Shown here: positions 10,560 to 19,916 of the stretch, piece after piece | How positions within the stretch are numbered: position 1 is the first letter of the stretch | Layout of the letters: every line of letters begins with the position of its first letter | Source: Roseibacillus sp. | Lineage (GTDB): Bacteria; Verrucomicrobiota; Verrucomicrobiia; Verrucomicrobiales; Akkermansiaceae | Length of the DNA: 64,000 nucleotides | Assembly (NCBI GenBank): GCA_965242925.1 | Contig: CBDEUM010000014.1 | Span: 192,001 to 256,000, forward strand | Reading direction: 5' to 3' | Notes under the pieces: model-generated | The model's input: only the letters and a program-made list of their open reading frames with translations | Told to the model about the DNA's origin: nothing | Database searches by the model: none | Made by a program: the position numbers and the translations under genes

Positions 10560-11513
10560 ATGCCTGAAGCGACCACTCCATCCAGCGAGCCCTCCCCGGA
10601 GGTCTCCAACAAGCCACGCGGCCCCAAGTATCTCGATCCGGAAACCCTGTCCCAGATTGGCTCCCTCGAGGTCGTGGCGCGCCGGGTTGTGGAAGGGCTG
10701 AGAATCGGCCAGCACAAGAGCCCCAGCCGGGGCATCAGCTCGGAATTCACCGCATACCGGCAGTATTCCCAGGGCGATGAGACACGCAACATCGACTGGA
10801 AAGCCTACGCCCGCTGTGACCGGTATTACATCAAACTCTTCGAGGCGGAGACCAATTTCATCTCCAACATGCTCCTCGATGCGAGTCAGTCGATGACCTA
10901 CCAGTCCGGCAGGATCTCGAAGATCGAATACGCCAAATACCTGGCGGCCTGCCTGTCCTATCTCGTCATCGACCAGGGAGACTCTGCCGGGATCGGCATC
11001 TTCGACGGGAAACTGCAGAACTACATTGCCCCCAAGAGTCACATGGGGGTCCTCCATGACATCTCTGCAGAACTGGAGAAGGTCAATCCCGTCCCGCGCA
11101 CCAACGTGGGCGCGGTCCTCCATGACTTCGCCCACCGCATGACCCGACGGGGCTTCGTGATGCTTTTTTCCGACCTCTTCGATAACACCGAGGAGTTCAT
11201 CGAAGGACTCAACCATCTCCGTTACGGGGGACATAACGTCATCCTGTGGCACATCATGGACCCCTACGAGATCGAGTTCCCACTCAACGGCATGTGGAAA
11301 TTCATGGGGCTGGAGGGCGAAGGCGAAGTCATTACCCAGCCCGGAAGGGTCCGGTCCAACTACCTTGAGGAACTCGAAAAATTCGTCACCGACATCAAGA
11401 AGGCCTGCAACAAGGTCGGCGTCGAACACGTGCTGGTAAACACCAAGACCCCCATCGAGCAGACCATCAGCAACTATCTCCTCCAGCGCTCCGCGCTGGC
11501 CAAGGCTAAATAA
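10560..11513 (+). CDS. DUF58 (VWA-like) protein
   Basis: GQHKS..RG.SSEFTAYRQYSQGDETRNIDWK, LLDASQSM (MIDAS-like), FSDL. Follows moxR. Confidence 0.95.
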   Translation: MPEATTPSSEPSPEVSNKPRGPKYLDPETLSQIGSLEVVARRVVEGLRIGQHKSPSRGISSEFTAYRQYSQGDETRNIDWKAYARCDRYYIKLFEAETNFISNMLLDASQSMTYQSGRISKIEYAKYLAACLSYLVIDQGDSAGIGIFDGKLQNYIAPKSHMGVLHDISAELEKVNPVPRTNVGAVLHDFAHRMTRRGFVMLFSDLFDNTEEFIEGLNHLRYGGHNVILWHIMDPYEIEFPLNGMWKFMGLEGEGEVITQPGRVRSNYLEELEKFVTDIKKACNKVGVEHVLVNTKTPIEQTISNYLLQRSALAKAK

Positions 11514-11538
11514 TAATACCAGGCCCGCAGGAAGAATC

Positions 11539-13419
11539 ATGACGACGTTATCCCTCTCCACAGTGACCCGGACCCTCGCTTGCCTCACGGCGGCGGCGTT
11601 TCCGGTCCTGGCCCGGGGAGAAGCCGTCGTGATCAGCTCCGAGAATCACCCAGCTCTCCAGCGGGCCCTGAGCGAGACTCCCCAAGCCGACAAGGATACC
11701 AACGGGCAACTCTCCCTTGAGGAGTATGTGGAACTCCTGCCTCAGCAGCGCCCCAATGACCCCGAGAATCCCAAGGCCCCGCTCCTCCCGGTGCGCCCCA
11801 ATGGGGACCTTGTGATCCACGAGTTCGAGGACAACAATCTCGGACAGAACCCCAAGTGGAGTCCGGTCCATGCTACGCCTGTCAAGGACAGCACACTGGG
11901 CAATCTCGGCGGAAACTGGCAGAGGGAGGGAGATGCCTTCAACCGGGATCTCCAGTCCGGGACCAAGATGATGAGGCGCCGCGTCGGCCCGTTCGAAGGA
12001 AAGCTCTTCCTCACCACCATCGGCAACAGCCAACGAGCCGTTGGAAGCCTCCGTTCTCCCATCTTCCTGATCGAGCAGGACTACATTCTCATCCGGATGA
12101 GCGGAGGCGGCCACCCGGGGCGGGTCTGCCTCAATCTGCACACCAGCCAGGGCATTGTTCGCAGTGCCACCGGCCACAACGACGACTATTTTGAAAACGT
12201 CGCGATGGATGTCCGGGAGTTCCGCGGGCAATTCGTACGCCTTGAACTGCTCGATCAGCACCGGGGGATCTGGGGCCATCTCAACGTGGACGAGATTCTC
12301 ATGACCTCCAAACACGAAGAGGCCCGGGTGGTTAACAAGCGTCCCCCGCCACCCATTCCCACCGGCGGACTGATCGTCTCCGGGGGCGGCCGCGACCAGG
12401 GAGTGCTCAAACTGGAGAACGGTCAACTCTCCTGCGAGGACAAGCCCCTCGTCGGCGAAGCCTTCCTCGCGATCAACCCCATGCCGGAAAACGCCCCCCG
12501 GTTACCCGGCTCCGTTCACCTTCTGAATGGCGAGGTCTGGAACGCCGAGGTTCTCACCGTCGAAGGCGCAGGCCGGAAAAAAATCCTCAACATCCGAAGC
12601 CAGATTTTCGGCGCTCAGAAGATTCCGCTTTCCACCCTCTCCAGCATGGAGTTCGTGGCCGGGGCCCCCGGCGACCCGCGGGAACCGGGCACCTTCTACC
12701 GCAAGGATGGCGAGCCCCTTCCCGGCAGCCTGATCTGGGTCCGAGCCAAGGATATCGCCATCCGCTCCCCCCTCGGCGTGATTCCGGTCCCCCGTGCAGC
12801 GGCCCTGCGCTTCGTTCTGGCAAGGCCGCAGCCACCGGCCCAGAGATCCGGTGACGAGATCGGCCTGACAGACGGCAGCCTGCTCTTCGGCACCACCAGC
12901 TTCGAAGGCAACCAGCTTCTCATCCAGCATGAAACCCTTGGAGAGCTGAAGCTGGCATGGAACGCCGTCCACTACCTGCGACGCAACCTTCCCGGACTCA
13001 CCTGGCTCGATAACGTCCCGCGAACCGTCATGGAAGCCATTGGCCCGGCTCTCCCCCCCCCCGCCCCCAGGCTCTCCACCAAGGTCAATGAGAGCCACGC
13101 GCGCTCCCTGCGCATCATGCCCCATACCGTTCTCCGGTTCGCTCTTCCCGCCCCGCACGGTCCAGCCCTCTTCCGGGGCCAGCTCCACCCCGTTCCCGGC
13201 AACCGGGCCCGGTTGGAAGTCACCGTCCTCGATGGAGACTCCCCCGTCTGGTCAAGCAAGGTCGAAACCGCCAGCGGTCCCATCCCCCTCGCCCTCAGCC
13301 TCCCCGGAGGCGAGGAACTGACCATCAAGGTCGCATTTGACGGCCCCCTGACCTTCCCCTGCGGGGTGGACCTGCGGGACGCACACGTGATCCGGACAAC
13401 CAATCTCAAACCCGAATAA
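11539..13419 (+). CDS. Secreted multidomain protein: EF-hand, GH32-associated-like beta-sandwich, PVC repeats, NPCBM-like C-terminus
   Basis: Signal peptide; DKDTNGQLSLEE EF-hand loop; GSLRSP.F...GGG...VRSATG...GQFVRLELLD...WGHLNVDEI module; VHLLNG/IGLTDG repeats. Confidence 0.7.
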   Translation: MTTLSLSTVTRTLACLTAAAFPVLARGEAVVISSENHPALQRALSETPQADKDTNGQLSLEEYVELLPQQRPNDPENPKAPLLPVRPNGDLVIHEFEDNNLGQNPKWSPVHATPVKDSTLGNLGGNWQREGDAFNRDLQSGTKMMRRRVGPFEGKLFLTTIGNSQRAVGSLRSPIFLIEQDYILIRMSGGGHPGRVCLNLHTSQGIVRSATGHNDDYFENVAMDVREFRGQFVRLELLDQHRGIWGHLNVDEILMTSKHEEARVVNKRPPPPIPTGGLIVSGGGRDQGVLKLENGQLSCEDKPLVGEAFLAINPMPENAPRLPGSVHLLNGEVWNAEVLTVEGAGRKKILNIRSQIFGAQKIPLSTLSSMEFVAGAPGDPREPGTFYRKDGEPLPGSLIWVRAKDIAIRSPLGVIPVPRAAALRFVLARPQPPAQRSGDEIGLTDGSLLFGTTSFEGNQLLIQHETLGELKLAWNAVHYLRRNLPGLTWLDNVPRTVMEAIGPALPPPAPRLSTKVNESHARSLRIMPHTVLRFALPAPHGPALFRGQLHPVPGNRARLEVTVLDGDSPVWSSKVETASGPIPLALSLPGGEELTIKVAFDGPLTFPCGVDLRDAHVIRTTNLKPE

Positions 13420-13431
13420 GGACTCAACCTC

Positions 13432-15642
13432 ATGGGAACACTCAATTCACTCGGACTGTGGTCAATCATCGGCGCACTGGGCATCGCAGTGCCAATCATC
13501 ATCCACCTCCTCTACCGGAAGCACCGCCGCCAAACGGACTGGGCTGCCATGGAGCTGTTGCGCAGGGCCCTCGTAACCCGTTCCGGCCAGGTCAAGATCG
13601 AGGACCTGATCATTCTGCTCCTGCGCTGCCTCGCCCTTGCCCTCCTGGCCCTTGCCCTGCTGCGCGTTACCCTGGACTCCAACTCCGTTCTCGCCGACGA
13701 AAAGATCGGAATGGTGGTGGCCATCGATGCCTCCTACAGCATGAACCACGGCGAGTTTTCCCGCTTCGACAGCGCAATCGACAAGGCCCGTGAAATCTTT
13801 GGACAAACTGCCAAGGAGGGGGACCCCGTGAGCCTCGTGCTCATGAGCAGCCGCCCCGAGGTTCTCCTGCGCAGTGCCCGGTATGATCCCGCCACGGTGA
13901 CAGAGATCCTCGATGGACTCGATTCAGCGGGACCGAATTCCCTGAACCTGGAGACCAACATCGAGCTCCTCGATGAGCTGGTAAAAGAGCTGAAGACTCC
14001 CGGGAAAGAGTGCTTCCTGATCACTGATTCGCAGGAAATGGACTGGGCTGAACTCCCCCAGCGGACCCGGAATACCCTTGAGCAGCTGCAGGAAGAGAAA
14101 AATGTCAACATCTTCATCGTTCCCGCCAGCAATGAGGGAGAAGACAACCTCGCCATCGAAAGCCTCAACTACACCTGGGGCTCGCTGCGGAAATCAGGTG
14201 AAGCCCGCTTCACCGCCCTCGTCCGTAATACCGGACGCAGTTCCGAGGAAGGAGCAACCCTTGAGTTCTCGGTCGACGGGAACCTGACCAAGCGGGTGGC
14301 GGTCGGCAGCCTCGCTGCCGGTGAGTCCCGCCCTCTTGAGTTCACCACCCAGTTTGACAAGGCCGGTGATGTCACCCTGCAAGCGGAACTGAGCAAGGAC
14401 GACCTTGCCGACGATAACGTCCGCCATGCTGTTGCCCGTATCCGCCCCGGCATCCGGGTCCTCTTCCTTGAGGGAGATATCGAGAACACCGCAGGAAATC
14501 GCGGTGGCAGCTACTACGCGAAGGCGGCCCTGCGCCCCCAGGACAGCGACAGTGAGGAAGGAGTGGTTGTCAACGAAATCGATCCGGCCGATTTCGGCCT
14601 TGAGAAACTCAATGCCTTCGATGTCGTGATCATGAACAACGTGCTCTCGGTCTCCTCCGACACGGCCAAGCGCCTCAAGCGTTTCGTCAACGAAGGCGGG
14701 GGGCTCATTGTCTTCGCTGGCGACCGGGTGGAGGCCTCGGAATACAATCAGAGTCTCGGCGATGGCGAGGGTGGGGAAGGAATTCTTCCTGCCCAGCTTG
14801 GCGCAATTGCGACCAGCGAGAACGAAGAAGGCTGGGCCCTCGAAGCCTCCAAGTCCGGCCACCTTCTCGCCCGCCTCACCGCCCGCTACCCGGAAAAGCT
14901 TCTTGATGCCATCCGTATCACGAGACAGATCGAGGCCACCCCGGCAGAAAACAGCGAAACTCTCATCACTTCCCAGTCAGGAAACCCCGTTCTCCTGAGC
15001 CGTTCCACCGGATCCGGCACCGTTCTCCTTTTCACCACTACCGCCAACCAGCGCTGGAACAACCTCCCACGCGAGCCACTCTATGCCATCCTGCTCCAGC
15101 AGGCCGTCACCATGCTCACCAGTGATCCCGGTCGCCTGCAGCTCACGGTGGGCACAGATGCTTCTCTCCCCTTGGCCAAGAGAGAAGCGGGAGAATTTGT
15201 CGCCCTCCGCACCCCGGGTGCTGAGAATGCTGAAGACGTCAGGGTCACCCAGGACGGCGACCAGCTGGTGGCTGAAGTCTCCCTGACCGAGCACGGCATC
15301 TACGAGATCGAAGCCGAGGACGATAAACCCGGAATGGTGGTTGCGGCCAACGTCAATGCCCGTGAATCCAACGTCCGGGTGGTCGAAGGTGCCGCGCTTG
15401 CCAATAGCCTGGACGACACCGGGGTCAAGGTTCTCAACCGGGCCGGCTCCATGGCTGATGCCATCCAGGCTGAACGCCGGGGAAGCGAGTTGTCCAGCCG
15501 TCTGCTCCTCGCCGCCATAATCGCCTTCATCCTGCAGAGCATCCTCGCCCGGCGCTTCACCAACCGCATCAACCGGGAGGATACAACGGACCTTTCCACC
15601 ATCCTGCAAATGAGCCAGGTCGCCGCCGCCCGCCGCAGCTAA
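13432..15642 (+). CDS. BatA-N / VWA / Ig-like / GATase1-like membrane protein
   Basis: PIIIHLLYR...AMELLR...LLLRCLAL (BatA-type N-terminus), IDASYSM MIDAS, DDLADDNVR, FVNEGGGLIVF, C-terminal TM. Confidence 0.88.
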   Translation: MGTLNSLGLWSIIGALGIAVPIIIHLLYRKHRRQTDWAAMELLRRALVTRSGQVKIEDLIILLLRCLALALLALALLRVTLDSNSVLADEKIGMVVAIDASYSMNHGEFSRFDSAIDKAREIFGQTAKEGDPVSLVLMSSRPEVLLRSARYDPATVTEILDGLDSAGPNSLNLETNIELLDELVKELKTPGKECFLITDSQEMDWAELPQRTRNTLEQLQEEKNVNIFIVPASNEGEDNLAIESLNYTWGSLRKSGEARFTALVRNTGRSSEEGATLEFSVDGNLTKRVAVGSLAAGESRPLEFTTQFDKAGDVTLQAELSKDDLADDNVRHAVARIRPGIRVLFLEGDIENTAGNRGGSYYAKAALRPQDSDSEEGVVVNEIDPADFGLEKLNAFDVVIMNNVLSVSSDTAKRLKRFVNEGGGLIVFAGDRVEASEYNQSLGDGEGGEGILPAQLGAIATSENEEGWALEASKSGHLLARLTARYPEKLLDAIRITRQIEATPAENSETLITSQSGNPVLLSRSTGSGTVLLFTTTANQRWNNLPREPLYAILLQQAVTMLTSDPGRLQLTVGTDASLPLAKREAGEFVALRTPGAENAEDVRVTQDGDQLVAEVSLTEHGIYEIEAEDDKPGMVVAANVNARESNVRVVEGAALANSLDDTGVKVLNRAGSMADAIQAERRGSELSSRLLLAAIIAFILQSILARRFTNRINREDTTDLSTILQMSQVAAARRS

Positions 15643-15683
15643 CCAGTTCCAACCCGAAGTCAACCACTACTGCCCCTCACGCC

Positions 15684-18078
15684 ATGCTCAACAAACTGCT
15701 GGGACTCGACCCTTCACAGGAAATCGATAAGTGGGACCTCGCCTTCCGGGGCGGCTCGCTCATTGGCCTTCTCCTCATCGTAGCAGCCATCTCTTTCGCG
15801 ATCTTTCTCTATCGTAGCGAGCAGCTGGTCACCAGCAGGCGACGCATAACCATGATTGCCCTGCAGGGGGCCGCCCTCCTCACCCTGATCCTGATCCTGA
15901 TGCAGCCCTATGCCAGGATCAAGATGAGCAAGGAATCCAAGAGCTCCATGATCGTCATGCTCGACACCTCACGCAGCATGTCCATCGAGGATCCCCGCAC
16001 CGCTGCTGAAGATATAGAGGAAGCCGCCAAGGTGCTTGGCAAGAGAGCCCTGGATGCTCCCGCCCTGGGCTCCGATGATGCAAGGAATCTGCAACAGGAA
16101 CTCGGCTCCGCCCGCCGGATCGACCTCGCCCGGGCCGCCCTTGAGCATGAGGACATGAAACTCCTCGACCAGCTTGAGGAGACTTACGACCTTCGGTTCT
16201 TCACCTTCGACTCCCAGCTGCGTGGAGAGGACCCACGGACCACCCCGGGAAGTGCCTCCGGGGATGATCCGGAAAGCGCCTCCCTGCCCGTGGCAGAGGG
16301 CACCTCTTCCCAGATCGGCAACGCTATTGAAGATGCCGTGGATCGTTTCTCGGGACAGCCGCTTGCCGGTGCCGTGGTCATCAGTGACTTCGCCTGGGTC
16401 GAGGGCAAGGATCCCGTCGACGTGGCCCGCAGGCTGAAGGAACGCCGCGTTCCCCTCTACACTGTTCCGGTCGGACTTCCTGCCCCACCCGACATTCATG
16501 TCCGTGGGGTGATCGCCCCGGAGGTGGTATTCAAGGGAGACCGCGTCCCCCTGCGGGTCAAGATCGAGTCCCGTGGCTTCGCCGGCAAGGCCGTCCAGCT
16601 CTACTTCCGGGTTAACGAAGACGAGAAGGAGAGCAAGCAGGTCACCCTCAAGGACGGAGTCCAGTTCGAGGAATTCATGTTCATCCCGGAGGAGGAATCG
16701 GGCACCTTGAAGCTCAGCTTCGAGATCAACCTGCAGGAAGGCGAGATTTCGGAGGTCAACAACTCCACCAGCCACAACGTCCGCATCCTCGATGAGAAAA
16801 TCAAGGTTCTCTATATCGAGGGCATGCCCCGGTGGGAATTCCGCTACCTGCGCTGGGTCCTCCTGCGCGATCCCCGCCTCCAGGTTCAGTTCCTCATGAC
16901 CCAGGGAGATCCAGCCCTCGCTGGCTCCTCTCCCCTGCACATAGGCCGCTTCCCGGAGGACCCCAAGGTCGCCCTGCAATACGACCTGATCATTCTCGGT
17001 GATGTCGCGTCGTCCTATTTCAATGCCGCCCAGACCCAGTTGATCGAGAAGCTCGTCCGCGAACGCGGGGGCTCGCTCCTGATGCTGGCTGGCCCCATGG
17101 CCGCTCCCTCCACCTATCGTGATAATCCCATCGGCGATCTCCTCCCCATCAATATCGGCACCGGAGGCACCTTCAATCCCGGCATCAACGTCTCCCCGGA
17201 GGTCACCGAGGACGGACAGAAGAGCCTCGCCACTTCCCTTTCCCTCGCGCCGGACGTAAGCGCGCGTATCTGGAGAAACGTCAAGTTCATGTCCCTCCCC
17301 CAGATCGCAGGAGCGAAATCAGGGGCCACCACTCTCCTGCGCCTGCCCAAGGCCAACGAGATTGATGCCGACTATCCGCTGGTAGCCTGGCACCGCTACG
17401 GGACCGGCAAGAGCCTCTTCGTCGCAACCGAGGACCTCTGGCGCATGCGTCTTGAAGTGGGCGACCGCTTCCATGCCCGCTTCTGGGGCCAGACCATCCA
17501 GTTCCTCACCCTCTCCCGTCTTCTGGGGGCCAACAAGCAGATCAGCATCGAGACCGATCGCAGCAGTTACAGCGCAGGAGACCAGATCCGCGTGTTCGCC
17601 AACGTCCTCACCGAATCATTTGAACCGGTGGAGGGTGAAAGTTACGAAGTGGTCCTCGAGGAGAAGGACAACCCGGACTCCTCCACCACCATCGAGATGA
17701 CCGCGGTGGAGAGTACTCCGGGCCTCTATACGGGTTCCTACCTCGCCAGCAAGGATGGCAACTTCGAGGTAAGTACCCAGCCTGAGGACGCCGATATTTC
17801 CAACACCGCCGAGTTCTCCGTCTCAACCGTCGACATCGAGGACCGGGAAACCTCCATGCAGACCGATGTCGCCAGGCAGGCCGCCGAGATTTCCGGAGGA
17901 CGTCAGTTGAGCCTGGCGGGACTCGGGGAATTTCCTGCCAGCCTTCCTCCGCGAGGAAACTACCGATAGTATCATCACGATCGAGAGGGAACTTTGGGAT
18001 ACGCCCCTGTGGTTTATCCTCATCGTCGCCTTCGCGGGCACCGAGTGGTTCCTGCGGCGCAAGGACAACCTCGTATAA
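15684..18078 (+). CDS. VWA + GATase1-like (DUF1355-like) membrane protein; apparent +1 frameshift near 17949
   Basis: LDTSRSM MIDAS, KVLYIEGMPRWEFRYL, YGTGKS..ATEDLWRMR. The main frame stops at 17969. The family-typical tail ELWDTPLWFILIVAFAGTEWFLRRKDNLV lies in the next frame and ends at TAA 18076-18078. Confidence 0.85.
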
Positions 18079-18113
18079 CAGAGAATCGAACCATTCACCA
18101 ACTGACCAGACCC

Positions 18114-19916
18114 ATGGCCGAAGGACACGACAGCAGTATCGAAGACAGGCTGCGACAAGCCCACCGGGAGGAGCGAAAGTGGTATAATATCCGTGGAGCT
18201 TCCCGGCTCATTCTATGGCTCATCGCCCTCCTCGCCGTCGACTTCCTCATCGACTGGGGCCTCTTCGCCAAGACCCAGATGTCCGGTGCGACCGGCCTGT
18301 CTCTCCTCCTTGTGAACATAGGAATCCTGGGATGGGTCGGCTGGCGCGAATGGTGGCGCCACCTGAGAAGTTACGACGCGCTCACCACCGCCCTCGAGGT
18401 GGAGAAACGTCATCCCGGCCTCAGCTCCCTCCTGGTCTCCTACATGCAGCTCGAGGACGGCCCTGCCGCGGACCAGGGTAATGTTTCGCAGGCCCTGATC
18501 AACGCCATGCGTGACCAGGCCATCGAGCTGAGCCGTCCGATCAACTTCCGGGACATCGTGGACCTCGGCCAGCTCCGCAGGATCGGTGGCGTGGCTGTTG
18601 TCATCTTCCTGGCCTTTGCCGTTCTCGGAATCTTCAACAAGGAACATGCCGCAACCCTGCTTAATCGTCTGGCCGGGGGAGACGCGGAATACCCCACCCA
18701 GACGATCATCACCAGTACCAGCCAGGATTCCGTCATCCGGATCGGGGACGAACCCGTCATTACCGCAACAGTCGACCAGAATGGCGAAGTCCCGGAAGAG
18801 GGGAAGCTCTTCATGAAGGAAAAGGGCTCGGACGACAATTGGAAGGACGTTCCCATGCGACCGGGCAGAAAGTCCGCCAACGAGTTCTCCTTCCAGCTCA
18901 AGCCGGTCGACCGGGACACGCTCTTCTACATCAAAATTGGTGATGACCGCAGTGACGAATACACCATTGATGTGATCACTTCCCCGCGAATCACGAAGTC
19001 CGATCTCGTCCTCCAGTATGCCGAATACATGAACCGGGAAGACGGCAGGAGCGATCAGCTGAACCTCGAGGTCCCGGAAGGTACTACCCTGAAATGGACC
19101 GTCTCCTGTGACACCCCGGTGAGTTCATGGGAAGTCTTGGTCCCCTCCGACTGGGGAGCTCCTGAGGCGGAGGAGGAAGCTGCTCCCGCCCCGGAATCCG
19201 AACCCAAACCCGAGTCCGGACAGACTGCTGACTCCGTCGAGGGCGAAGAGGCTCCCAGATTCCGCTCCATCCCCGCCGATCTGGACGAGAACGGAACGAC
19301 CGCCACCTTTGAGATTCCCATCGAAAAGGCCCTCAGGTATTCCTTCCGATGGACCGAAAAGGCAAACGGCTTCAGTTACGAGGACGTCCAGTATGGCGTC
19401 AAGGTCACCAGCGATGGACTTCCGGATGTTGACCTCCTCCAGCCCCGGGAGGTCGGATATGCCACCCAGACGAAGGTGGTGAAGATGCAGGCCAAGGGCA
19501 CCGACGATATCGGCCTCGACAAGGCCTGGCTGGTGTATTCTCTCAACGGGGCGGACGAAACCAAGGTCGAGATTTTCAATTTCGAGGGGGATATCAATAA
19601 AACCTTCGATTACAGCTGGAAACTGGCGGAAAGCATCAAGGAACTGAAGCCCACTGATCGCATATCCTTCGCGATTGAGGTGGCTGACCGGCATCCCGAC
19701 CGGGAAATCCACCTGCGACGCACGGCCCCGCGACAATTGACTATCGTTACTCCCGAAGCTTATCTAGAATGGTACCGAGCAGAGTACGGGTCGCAGATCG
19801 AAGAACTGAAGCGTTCCCGTAACCAGGAGCTGGCGGCCCAGAAGGCTGTCACCCAACTCCAGACCGAAGAAGGCATCGAACCCGAAAAAGAAGAAGATGA
19901 TGAAAGCGAAGAATAG
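18114..19916 (+). CDS. Membrane protein with three TMs and Ig-like domains (DUF4175-like N-terminal half)
   Basis: Start MAEGHDSSIEDRL; TM segments; VEKRHPGL..LL; VPEGT; D..P.V.L..P; TDDIGL. Confidence 0.72.
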   Translation: MAEGHDSSIEDRLRQAHREERKWYNIRGASRLILWLIALLAVDFLIDWGLFAKTQMSGATGLSLLLVNIGILGWVGWREWWRHLRSYDALTTALEVEKRHPGLSSLLVSYMQLEDGPAADQGNVSQALINAMRDQAIELSRPINFRDIVDLGQLRRIGGVAVVIFLAFAVLGIFNKEHAATLLNRLAGGDAEYPTQTIITSTSQDSVIRIGDEPVITATVDQNGEVPEEGKLFMKEKGSDDNWKDVPMRPGRKSANEFSFQLKPVDRDTLFYIKIGDDRSDEYTIDVITSPRITKSDLVLQYAEYMNREDGRSDQLNLEVPEGTTLKWTVSCDTPVSSWEVLVPSDWGAPEAEEEAAPAPESEPKPESGQTADSVEGEEAPRFRSIPADLDENGTTATFEIPIEKALRYSFRWTEKANGFSYEDVQYGVKVTSDGLPDVDLLQPREVGYATQTKVVKMQAKGTDDIGLDKAWLVYSLNGADETKVEIFNFEGDINKTFDYSWKLAESIKELKPTDRISFAIEVADRHPDREIHLRRTAPRQLTIVTPEAYLEWYRAEYGSQIEELKRSRNQELAAQKAVTQLQTEEGIEPEKEEDDESEE

